Part shown: one piece after another, positions 1 to 8,101 of the stretch | How the letters are laid out: each line of letters opens with the position of its first letter | Numbering within the stretch: position 1 is the stretch's first letter | Source of the DNA: a bacterium | Lineage (GTDB): Bacteria; Auribacterota; UBA3054; JAPLST01 | Direction of reading: 5' to 3' | Length of the DNA: 38,559 nt | Assembly (NCBI GenBank): GCA_026398485.1 | Contig: JAPLST010000370.1 | Coordinates: forward strand, 1 to 38,559 | Made by a program: the position numbers and the translations under genes | Notes under the pieces: model-generated | What the model was told of the DNA's origin: nothing | The model's input: the letters and a program-made list of their open reading frames with translations, nothing else | Databases searched by the model: none

Positions 1-3000
1 CAGTTGCGAGAAAATCTCGGTGGTCAGGCCGCGCACATTGAGCACATCCGTCAATGATTTGTAGGGTTTGAGCTGGGCGCGGCCGGTGTTATCGAAGCCC
101 AGCGCGATGTTGTGCGCCAGTTCGGGGGTGACGCCGGGCAGGGCGCTCAGCACGCGTTCGCTGGCAGAGTTGATGTTGATCTTGCCAAAGACGGAGCCGG
201 GCGCCAGGTATGCGTAGTCAAACCACGCCGTGCCGGAACAACGCTTGGCGTTCAAGCCGCGCGCGACGATTTGGAGGCGGATGCCGTTTTTGGGCGAGAT
301 GTGCTGGGGATGGATTTTGCCGATGTAGGCCCCGTCGTTTTTCTCATACTGATGCTGGCTGCGGCCGCTGACAATCTCGTAGGCGTCGCCGGCGCGGCCG
401 GTGCGCCGCTCGCCCGGCAGCGGCAATTGGTCGAATGCCTGGGTCTCGAAGTTCCAGGCCGAGACTTCCATGCCGGCATTGAAATTTTCCTCCAAAAACT
501 CGGTCGTGTCAATCGAGTCGCACAAGCCATACAAATAGAGGCCGTAGCTGTTGCGTTCGAGGCCTTTGTTTTGCCATTCCCAGACGCCGACATCGCCATT
601 TTGGCGGGTGTAATAAAACGGGGTGGCATAGCCGGGCCCGACGCTGAACTGGTCGCCTTTTTTGATGCGCAACTGCGCGCCGCTGGGGACGGAATAGCCG
701 GCAACGGTCACGCCATTCTGGGTGCTGTGCGCAATGGCGAAGCTCTCGCCCTTCTGCGGGCCGGAGAGCATGCGCAAAGTCTGGTTGTCCCACTGGCCGG
801 GCTCCCAGTGCGCGTTTTCGGTGGTCACGCCACCGTTGCCGAACGAGGCGACCAGACCGAAGGCCGGCTTCCAGCCCTGGACGTGGGCGCCCGCTTCCTC
901 GGGATCCAGGCGCACGCCCGCGACGGTGAAGTACTTGCCAATCGCCTTGAGCGTCACGGTGCTGGCGGCGCCGCGCCCGCGCGAGCCGATGTTTTGCCAG
1001 TCTTCCGATTTGCGCACTTGTTGAATCTCGCCGATTGAGACATATTGGTTGTCCTTGACAAAGGCGGGCACGTAGGTGCCGGTCGGCATCGAGTGGTTCT
1101 TGGCCAGGCGTTGCGTGCCGCCAAAGGTGGCGCGGCGCGACTTGACCCAATTATAATGGGTCGGGTCTTGTTTTTCGGTCGAGTAATTGATTTCATCCGG
1201 CTCGGTCGAACCATATTCAATGGTGCGGGCGGCGATCTGATTGTACTCGTCCTTGAGCGTCATGGAGAGGAAGCCGCCGGCGTGCGGCATGCCGACGATG
1301 ACGGCATCATCGCCGGCTTGGACGCCGTCCACGACCAAGCCGACCGGCAGCACAAACGACAGCGTGTCGCGCGTGTTGCTCAACACGACTTTGCGGACGC
1401 CAGTCAGGCCGTTGCGCCCGGTGACCGTGCGCTTGGTATGAAACTCGACCATTTCGTATTTCATCTGGTCGGGGCGCCAATTCGAGCCGCTGACCGTGAC
1501 GGAAGTCGGCTGCACGCGCGTGACCTTGTAGCGCACGCCCCAGAGCGAGTCGGGCAATTCAAAGCAGGGATAGGCCTCGTCTTGCGAATCGCCCCAGGTG
1601 CCCGATTGCCGCGAGCCGTATTCCTTGTCAAAAATTTCACGGTTGTTGGTCAGGTAAAAATAGCCATTGGGCGGAATGCTGGGATTGGGATCGTCATAGA
1701 ATTTGTGGGACTGCAGGCTGTAATGCGGGGCCGATTCGATCAGGCCGACCTGATCGGCGTACGCGCCGGTGTTGATCACCACGCGCCAGTTGCGCATGCT
1801 GATCGGCCGCGCGCTGATGTTGATCAACTCAATGATGTCCGGGCGCATGATATAGGCGATATCAAAGGCGGATTTATTGCGATAGGCTTCGGCATTGGAG
1901 GTGCCGGCGCGGGAGAAGCCGGTGCTATTGCCGGAAGTCAGCAAGACGCGGACATAGCCGTTTTTGGCTTGGACGGATTTGCCGTCCTGATAGGCCCAGC
2001 GCAGCAAGTCGATCTGTTGTTTGCCGCCGGGGATTTCCATCGAGGTGTTTTTCAGGTCGGACTGGCGCAGCACCAGCATTTCGCTTTCGCTGTTGCGCGA
2101 AAGGTCGCCGTCGACATCCAGCATGCGATTGTAGCCCTTCCACGGGCCCGAGGGCGTGCCGGTGAAAGGATAGCCGGTGTCGCTGGTGTTGCCCTCGAAG
2201 TTTTGCTCGCCGATATAGACCAAATAGTGCAGGTTGTCGGGCGGCTTGAAGCCGCGATCCCACTGGGTGGGGAACCACCAGCAGTCGCTGGCGCGCGGGA
2301 ACACGCTATAGGTCGCGTCGTGCACGCGCCAGAGCGTGTCAAGGCGCGCGCTGCTCCAGACGGTGGTGCTCAAGGCATTGAACTCATCAACGGAGCGCAG
2401 CCCGACGGTGACCCTGTTCTGGGCGCTCTTGATCACCGGATAATAGGAATAGGCGGCCGCGGCCTGGTTCCACAGTTTGAGGTAGCAGTTTTTCCAAAGG
2501 TCGCCGGGCGAGCCCAATTCACTCTGCAGCTTTTTGAAATCGCGCAGCTTGCTGGCGAGGCCGCCGGGATTGATGATGTCCGTCCCGATCTGGACATCGG
2601 CGCCGTCGGGATATTGCTCGCGCTTGCCGCCGTTGATAAACGTGCCGCCTGCCGCGCGGGTGATGGCGCTAATGGTCCAGCCATAAAAGCGATCACTGCC
2701 GGTCAGATTGTACCAGCGCCCGAGGCGGTGCACCAAATGGTACTGATCATAGGCGGCCGGGTCGCAATGGTCGGCTTCGACGGTGTAACTGCCGTCATTG
2801 GCCATGATTTCATTAAAGCACACGGCTTCGACGCCATACTCGGCGCCAACGGTCGAGAGCACGTGATTCTCGTCGCGATAGTCAATCACATTGGCGATCA
2901 GGTTCTGCAAGCGGCTCGCGACGGGCTCGAAGCGGGCGACATCATTGGCGGCGCGCAGCAGCTTGGTCACTTGGTCGCGCGACCCGACATTCAAGTTGAT

Positions 3001-3888
3001 TTGGCGTTGCCATGTGCGGGTTTGTTCGTCAAAATAGGCGTCGCGCGTGCGGGTGTAGACCGTGCCGGATTGGCGCAGCATGCGGCGCGCATTGGCATTC
3101 AGCTCCTTGCCGCCGGAGGCCTTGCTGGCGACTTCCTGCAGCGAGGAAAACGAGCGGTCATCCCACGCCGGTTGCAGGGCATTAAATTCTTCCGGCTCGT
3201 CGATGCCCTCGTCCGGTTCATCGATCACGCCATTGGCATTATTGTCAATTTCGTCGGCGGCAAATTGGGCGGCGGTATAATTGTCATCCACGCCGCGCTG
3301 GCCGGGGGCGCGATCGCGGCCATAGCGGTAGGCCAGGATATTCTGGCCAAAGGCGAGCGAAATCGGCAAGCCGCGCGTGCTGCCATCCGTCAGCATGGTC
3401 TCAAAAGTGCCGACGCCTTGATGTTGCTGGCGCGGGCTGAGCGCGCTGGCGCTGTTGACATTGATCTTGCCGGCTTCGTCCTGCACCATGATGGCATAGC
3501 GCCCGGCCAGGGTGCCGTCCGTCAGGTGGACATAGATCCAGCGGGCATCGCCGGGCTGGCCGTTGGCATTGGGCGTGCCGTCGATCTCGACGACATCCTC
3601 GCCGCTGTTTTTGCCGGGGGCAAAGGCGGCGCCCCACAGTTCGCCCGGGTCATCCCAGCCGGGCTGATCCATGATATCCTGGCGCAGGATTGCCTGGGCA
3701 TGTTCGAGTGCGGATTTGGTCAGGCATTCGGCTTGCAGGCGCGTCATGCTGACCCGGCCGGCGTCCTGCTCGACGCTCATCAGCACGGCAAACGACGCCG
3801 CCAGTAATGCCAGAATGGTCAACACCGACAAGACCGCAATCAACGCGACTCCGCGGTGTGACTGGCCTGCGCGCCGGACGGTTATCAT
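1..3888 (-). CDS. Giant GspK-like minor pseudopilin (type II secretion / type IV pilus-like machinery). The 3' end runs off the left window edge (>=1296 codons).
   Basis: The ORF track omits it because the frame has no stop inside the window. Reading the reverse complement from ATG 3888-3886 (GAGGTGA Shine-Dalgarno at 3900-3894) gives MITVRRAGQSHRGVALIAVLSVLTILALLAASFAVLMSVEQ..., the hydrophobic N-terminal pseudopilin helix seen in GspK. Further in comes ...GRYAIMVQDEAGKINVNSAS... . At the window edge the translation reads ...FGKININSASERVLSALPGVTPELAHNIA...SLTDVLNVRGLTTEIFSQL, which are helix-hairpin-helix motifs as in GspK. No listed minus-strand ORF uses this frame. The plus-strand ORFs 112..1038 and 1045..3807 sit in the exact codon-opposite register with Ala/Gly/Arg-rich composition, so they are shadow ORFs. 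Confidence 0.75.
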   Translation of the reverse strand, partial: MITVRRAGQSHRGVALIAVLSVLTILALLAASFAVLMSVEQDAGRVSMTRLQAECLTKSALEHAQAILRQDIMDQPGWDDPGELWGAAFAPGKNSGEDVVEIDGTPNANGQPGDARWIYVHLTDGTLAGRYAIMVQDEAGKINVNSASALSPRQQHQGVGTFETMLTDGSTRGLPISLAFGQNILAYRYGRDRAPGQRGVDDNYTAAQFAADEIDNNANGVIDEPDEGIDEPEEFNALQPAWDDRSFSSLQEVASKASGGKELNANARRMLRQSGTVYTRTRDAYFDEQTRTWQRQINLNVGSRDQVTKLLRAANDVARFEPVASRLQNLIANVIDYRDENHVLSTVGAEYGVEAVCFNEIMANDGSYTVEADHCDPAAYDQYHLVHRLGRWYNLTGSDRFYGWTISAITRAAGGTFINGGKREQYPDGADVQIGTDIINPGGLASKLRDFKKLQSELGSPGDLWKNCYLKLWNQAAAAYSYYPVIKSAQNRVTVGLRSVDEFNALSTTVWSSARLDTLWRVHDATYSVFPRASDCWWFPTQWDRGFKPPDNLHYLVYIGEQNFEGNTSDTGYPFTGTPSGPWKGYNRMLDVDGDLSRNSESEMLVLRQSDLKNTSMEIPGGKQQIDLLRWAYQDGKSVQAKNGYVRVLLTSGNSTGFSRAGTSNAEAYRNKSAFDIAYIMRPDIIELINISARPISMRNWRVVINTGAYADQVGLIESAPHYSLQSHKFYDDPNPSIPPNGYFYLTNNREIFDKEYGSRQSGTWGDSQDEAYPCFELPDSLWGVRYKVTRVQPTSVTVSGSNWRPDQMKYEMVEFHTKRTVTGRNGLTGVRKVVLSNTRDTLSFVLPVGLVVDGVQAGDDAVIVGMPHAGGFLSMTLKDEYNQIAARTIEYGSTEPDEINYSTEKQDPTHYNWVKSRRATFGGTQRLAKNHSMPTGTYVPAFVKDNQYVSIGEIQQVRKSEDWQNIGSRGRGAASTVTLKAIGKYFTVAGVRLDPEEAGAHVQGWKPAFGLVASFGNGGVTTENAHWEPGQWDNQTLRMLSGPQKGESFAIAHSTQNGVTVAGYSVPSGAQLRIKKGDQFSVGPGYATPFYYTRQNGDVGVWEWQNKGLERNSYGLYLYGLCDSIDTTEFLEENFNAGMEVSAWNFETQAFDQLPLPGERRTGRAGDAYEIVSGRSQHQYEKNDGAYIGKIHPQHISPKNGIRLQIVARGLNAKRCSGTAWFDYAYLAPGSVFGKININSASERVLSALPGVTPELAHNIALGFDNTGRAQLKPYKSLTDVLNVRGLTTEIFSQL

Positions 3889-4017
3889 CGTACTCACCTC
3901 AAGGTTGTGACAAACAGGGCCGGGTATGCGCGCCACGCCGGCCATGGTCATGGCATGCGCAACCGTTTGCACATGATAACACATCACCGGCACATGTGTC
4001 AAGCGGCTGCCGGAACT

Positions 4018-4065
4018 GGAGGGATGGAGGGATGGAGGGATGGAGGGATGGAGGGATGGAGGGAT
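4018..4065 (+). repeat. Perfect tandem octanucleotide microsatellite (GGAGGGAT)x6 in the divergent intergenic region
   Basis: Direct reading gives ggagggat repeated six times without mismatch. This creates six GGG tracts separated by 5-nt ATGGA loops. It lies 130 nt upstream of the minus-strand ATG (3888) and about 118 nt upstream of the -35 box of the plus-strand operon promoter. Confidence 0.95.
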
Positions 4066-4182
4066 ATTACAGCGGCAACGGCGTGCGCAGCTACATTCCG
4101 GCACCAATCACAACAGAAGGTTGACTTGTGCTTGCATCTTAAAACCTTTAGCATCCACATTTCAGAAGCTGGGGGCGGTATA

Positions 4183-4211
4183 TTGACATGCACATAAAGC
4201 TGTGCTATACT
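4183..4211 (+). promoter_or_regulatory. Putative sigma70-type promoter with extended -10 for the 4264..25933 operon
   Basis: TTGACA (4183-4188), a 17-nt spacer, then TGcTATACT (TG at 4203-4204, TATACT at 4206-4211). It lies 52 nt upstream of ATG 4264, and GGAGG sits at 4255-4259. Confidence 0.6.
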
Positions 4212-4263
4212 GATTGGGTAATAATGTTTTTTGTTTTCACCGCTCTCCCACTTTGGAGGCACC

Positions 4264-5952
4264 ATGAAAGCGTATGCCGCGGTGTTCTGCGTTGTGTGTG
4301 CCATTGGGGTGCAAGCCCAGTGGGTTTCGCAAACCGTGGCGTTGCAGCCGGGCTGGAACGCTGTTTTTCTTGAAGTCACGCCGCTGTCAAATGCGTGTGC
4401 CGCCGTTTTTGCCGATCCGGCCATCGAGAGCGTCTGGGCGTGGAACCGCCGGTTTCAGCCAATGCAATTTGTGCGCGACCCGGCCACGCTGCTGCCCGGC
4501 CAGCCGGAATGGTTGACGTGGTTGCCCGCGGCACACCCGCAGGCGTTCTTGAACAATCTCTGGCAGGTTGACGGCCAGCGCGCCTATCTGATCAAGTGCC
4601 GTGACGAGGTGACGCCCGCGCCGCTGGTCATCACCGGCCGCGCCGCCGTGCCGTCCACCACCTGGTATCCCGACTCGTTCAATCTGGTTGGTTTTTTTGT
4701 TGAGGAACAAGCCCCGCTGAGCTTTGCGCAATTGCTGGCGGCCTCGAGTGCCCATGCCGGGCAGCCCGTCTATGCGCTTGACCGCGCCGGGCACTGGCAG
4801 CAGGTTGACGCGGCGGCGACGCCGGTCGTGCGCGGCCAGGCCTACTGGATTCGTTGTGCCGGCGCATCCACATTCACCGGCCCGCTGCAGGTTAGCGCGC
4901 GCGGCGCAAAGGCGCTGGATTTCAGCACCATGTTAAGCGAGCAGGAACTGCGCGTGAAAAACGTCTCGGCCAGCACGCGCACCGTGCTGCTGACGCAGCA
5001 GGCATCCGCCACGCCGCCGGCGGGCGCGCCGGCGCTGGCCGGCAGTGTGCCGTTGTCGTATTGGCTGGCAGACCCGGCGCGGATGCGCTTCATGTGGGAG
5101 CCGCTGCAGGGCACGCTGACGCACACGCTGGCGCCAGGCCAGGAATGGGTCGTGCAATTGCTGGTGCGGCGGCCGGACATGACCGCGAGCCAAGGCGCCG
5201 GCGCGGAATACCAGTCATTGCTCCAGATTCGCGACAGCAGCGGCATGCAGGTGCTGGCGCCGATCATGGCCACCCGCAGCGCCACCCTTGACCAAGCCTT
5301 GCCGCGCGCCGGCCTGTGGGTTGGCAATGTGCTGCTCGACCAGGTCAGTGATGTCAACGGTGCCACGACGCCGAGCGCCACGCCGTCGCCGTTGCGTTTT
5401 CGCGTGATTGTCCATCAGGATTCCAACGGCGTGGTGCGCCTGCTGCAGCATGCCACGGTCATGCTGGCGCGCACGGGCGCCACGACCAACATGGTGATTG
5501 TCGCCAATGACGACCTGATCCCGCAATATGTGCCCGCGCAGCAGGACAGCACGACCGTGGCCGGCCAGCGCTTCAGCTCAGTGGTGTTCGGCTTCACCCA
5601 GCCACAAGCGCTGCAATTCAATGCCGCCACGCGCATTCTCACCACCGCGCTGACCATTGATTACAACGACCGCCTCAGCCCGTTCAAGCATCTGTATCAT
5701 CCCGACCACAACAATCTGGATAATTACACCACCACGCTGCCGCAAGGCGTGCAGTCGTTCACCGTCACGCGCACCATGACCATGGCCTTTTCAGCCACGC
5801 CGGTGGGCGGCGCGTCGCAGGCCGGCTGGGGTGACACGTTCGTGGGCGGTGTCTATCGCGAAGCGCTGGACGGCCTGTATCACAAGACGTTGAATGTGCA
5901 GGGCACCTATGTGCTGCAGTTTGTCAGTCCCATCACCACCTTGCTCAATTAA
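4264..5952 (+). CDS. Secreted hypothetical protein (562 aa), first gene of the giant-protein operon
   Basis: The track ORF 4231..5952 starts at TTG. I prefer ATG 4264, which is preceded by GGAGG (4255-4259). MKAYAAVFCVVCAIGVQAQ/W looks like a Sec signal peptide. The composition is protein-like, but I cannot name a domain. A conserved-looking motif SPFKHLYHPDHNNLD lies at 5677-5721. Confidence 0.88.
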   Translation: MKAYAAVFCVVCAIGVQAQWVSQTVALQPGWNAVFLEVTPLSNACAAVFADPAIESVWAWNRRFQPMQFVRDPATLLPGQPEWLTWLPAAHPQAFLNNLWQVDGQRAYLIKCRDEVTPAPLVITGRAAVPSTTWYPDSFNLVGFFVEEQAPLSFAQLLAASSAHAGQPVYALDRAGHWQQVDAAATPVVRGQAYWIRCAGASTFTGPLQVSARGAKALDFSTMLSEQELRVKNVSASTRTVLLTQQASATPPAGAPALAGSVPLSYWLADPARMRFMWEPLQGTLTHTLAPGQEWVVQLLVRRPDMTASQGAGAEYQSLLQIRDSSGMQVLAPIMATRSATLDQALPRAGLWVGNVLLDQVSDVNGATTPSATPSPLRFRVIVHQDSNGVVRLLQHATVMLARTGATTNMVIVANDDLIPQYVPAQQDSTTVAGQRFSSVVFGFTQPQALQFNAATRILTTALTIDYNDRLSPFKHLYHPDHNNLDNYTTTLPQGVQSFTVTRTMTMAFSATPVGGASQAGWGDTFVGGVYREALDGLYHKTLNVQGTYVLQFVSPITTLLN

Positions 5953-5961
5953 GGATTGCCG

Positions 5962-8067
5962 ATGCGATCAGCGACCGTCTCTCTTGTCTTGTTCGGATTT
6001 CTGGCCGGTAGTCTGACCAGCCTTGCAGCCACACGCTATGTTGCGCTGGACGGCAGCAACGTGGCGCCGTACGCGTCATGGGCCACGGCCGCGACGAATA
6101 TCCCGGTGGCAGTCGCCGGCGCGCTGGATGGCGACACGATCCTGGTGTCGAGCGGGCGCTATATCGTCGGCACGGCCGGCGATGAAACATCCGGCAGCGG
6201 CGTGATGCTGACCAATGCAATTGTTCTTGCCGCAGTGTTCGGGCCGGCCGTGACGACCATTGATGCGTTGGGCTGGCACAAGCGCTGCGTCTATCTTGGC
6301 CACCCCGGCGCGGTGTTGCGCGGCTTTACGCTGGAAGGCGGCTATGCGCGCATCAATCTTGGAGCACAAACCTTTCCGGTCAGTTGTGGCGGCGGCGTGT
6401 TTTGCGACGGCGGCGGGCTGGTCGAGAACTGCGTGGTGTCGTTCGGGCGCGCCGGCTTGCAGGGTGGTGCGGCGTTTCTCAATGGCGGCGGCGAGCTGCG
6501 CAGTTGCCTGCTGCGCGACAGCGAGGCGCCGGAAAGCGGCGGCGTGTTTTGCAGCAATGGCGGCGCCGTGGTCAATTGCACCGTGGTGGGGAACTGGACC
6601 CAAGGCACGAATTTGCCGGGCGGCGCCTGGCTCATTAACGGCGGCCGGCTGTTGAACAGCATTGTGGTTTACAACAGCAACAATGTCGGCACCACCGCCG
6701 ATGTACATACGCAAGGCGGCGGCTGGCAATGCGACTATTCGTGCGTTAATGCGGGGATGCCCGGCACGGGCAACATCAGCACCAATCCGGTTTTCAGTGG
6801 CTGGCGGCTGCAGCGCGCGTCGCCCTGCCGCAACGCCGGCACGAACCTGCCGTGGATGACGAGTGCGACCGACGTGGAGGGTTCGCCGCGCATTCTCGAA
6901 GAGATTGTGGACATGGGCGCGTATGAAACGCCCGCCTTCTATTATGTTGCCACCAATGGCGGCCAGCGCTATCCGTACACCTCGTGGGCGATGGCGTCCA
7001 CCAACATCGCTGATGCCCTGCGCGCGGCGACGCCGCAGACGACCGTGCTGGTCTCGAATGGCGTCTACACGGAAGCGGCCGTGCTCATCCCCGGCACGAA
7101 CATAACGTTGCAGAGTGTTGCTGGCGCGGCGGTCACCACCATTCGCGGCGGCCCCGGCCGGCGCTGCCTCGACCTGCGCTATGCCAGCACGGTTGTGGCC
7201 GGCTTTACCTTGACCGGCACTACGCTGACCAACGCGATCGATGCGAGTGGCGCGGGTGTGCGCATGACGCAAGGCACCTTGCGCGAGTGCGTGGTCGCCG
7301 GCAACACGGCATGGGAAGCGGGCGGCGGCATCTCGATGGCGGGCGGCTTGGTGCAAAACTGCCTTGTGTACAGCAACGCCGCGCCGCAATTTGGCGGCGG
7401 CGTCGCGCTCGCGGGCGGCCTGCTGGAAAATTGCATCATCCGCAACAACCGCGGTGGCTGGGCCGGCGGCGGCCTCGCCTTGCAAGGTGCGGGCACGGCG
7501 CGCTCGTGCCTGATCGTCAGCAACCTGACGCCGGCCGATCCGATTCCGGATGCCGGTAATATGCGCACCGGCGGCGGCGGCATCTTCGCGCTCTCCATGG
7601 GCACCCTTGAGAACTGCACCATCGCCGCCAACCTCAGCAGCAATGATGCCGGCGGCATCTTCTGCATTGATTTTTTCGGCGGCGGCACGACGACCCTGCT
7701 GGTCAACACGATTTTGTACGGCAACACGGCGGTCGCCGCTGCGCCGAATTACACGGGCGGCACCTTGTGGTTTGAGCATGGCTGTCTGCAGCCCGCGCCG
7801 GCGCCCGCCCAGGATGGCGGCGGCAATCTCGCGCTCGATCCGCTCTTTGCCGGCGGGTTCCAATTGACGTTCTTGTCGCCCTGCCGCGACACAGGCATGA
7901 CGCAAGCGTGGATGATTAGCGCCACCGACTTGGCCGGCAATCCGCGCATGACCGGCGCCAGTGTCGACATGGGCGCCTATGAATTTGTGCCGGAACCGTG
8001 GCTGGCCGCCGCGCCGCTGGTGGCGCTGCTGTGCCAATTGCGGCGCACGGCGTGGCGTGCATGCTGA
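5962..8067 (+). CDS. Right-handed beta-helix repeat protein with two tandem modules and a PEP-CTERM sorting tail (701 aa)
   Basis: The track ORF 5956..8067 starts at TTG. ATG 5962 follows AAGGA (5951-5955). The signal peptide is MRSATVSLVLFGFLAGSLTSLAA. There are two modules, each opening with a YV-A-x-x-G...PY-x-SW-x-A-x-TNI...VLVS-x-G-x-Y type head (TRYVALDGSNVAPYASWATAATNI and FYYVATNGGQRYPYTSWAMASTNI). Each then has Gly/Asn-rich 22-25 aa PbH1-like turns (GGGVF, GGAAF, GGGIS, GGGVA, GGGLA). Each closes with NPxF...SPCR[ND][AT]G...D[VL][EA]G[SN]PR...VDMGAYE. The C-terminus VPEPWLAAAPLVALLCQLRRTAWRAC (7987-8064) has the PEP motif, a hydrophobic helix and a basic tail. Confidence 0.9.
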   Translation: MRSATVSLVLFGFLAGSLTSLAATRYVALDGSNVAPYASWATAATNIPVAVAGALDGDTILVSSGRYIVGTAGDETSGSGVMLTNAIVLAAVFGPAVTTIDALGWHKRCVYLGHPGAVLRGFTLEGGYARINLGAQTFPVSCGGGVFCDGGGLVENCVVSFGRAGLQGGAAFLNGGGELRSCLLRDSEAPESGGVFCSNGGAVVNCTVVGNWTQGTNLPGGAWLINGGRLLNSIVVYNSNNVGTTADVHTQGGGWQCDYSCVNAGMPGTGNISTNPVFSGWRLQRASPCRNAGTNLPWMTSATDVEGSPRILEEIVDMGAYETPAFYYVATNGGQRYPYTSWAMASTNIADALRAATPQTTVLVSNGVYTEAAVLIPGTNITLQSVAGAAVTTIRGGPGRRCLDLRYASTVVAGFTLTGTTLTNAIDASGAGVRMTQGTLRECVVAGNTAWEAGGGISMAGGLVQNCLVYSNAAPQFGGGVALAGGLLENCIIRNNRGGWAGGGLALQGAGTARSCLIVSNLTPADPIPDAGNMRTGGGGIFALSMGTLENCTIAANLSSNDAGGIFCIDFFGGGTTTLLVNTILYGNTAVAAAPNYTGGTLWFEHGCLQPAPAPAQDGGGNLALDPLFAGGFQLTFLSPCRDTGMTQAWMISATDLAGNPRMTGASVDMGAYEFVPEPWLAAAPLVALLCQLRRTAWRAC

Positions 8068-8101
8068 TGCGCGTTTTTTAGCTTTCACCGTGAGGGTGAG
8101 T

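Noticed and set aside
112-3807. Long plus-strand ORFs 112..1038 (308 aa) and 1045..3807 (920 aa)
   Set aside because: Their composition is Ala/Gly/Arg/Val-rich and low-complexity, with no signal peptide or motifs. They lie in the exact codon-opposite register of the minus-strand GspK-like frame, which reads as a sensible protein. They are classic high-GC shadow ORFs.
7961-8101. Upstream extension of the giant ORF (track start 7961)
   Set aside because: It overlaps the PEP-CTERM tail of the preceding gene by 107 nt and encodes an Arg/Trp/Cys-rich peptide. ATG 8102 has a GAGG-type ribosome-binding site and yields a signal peptide.
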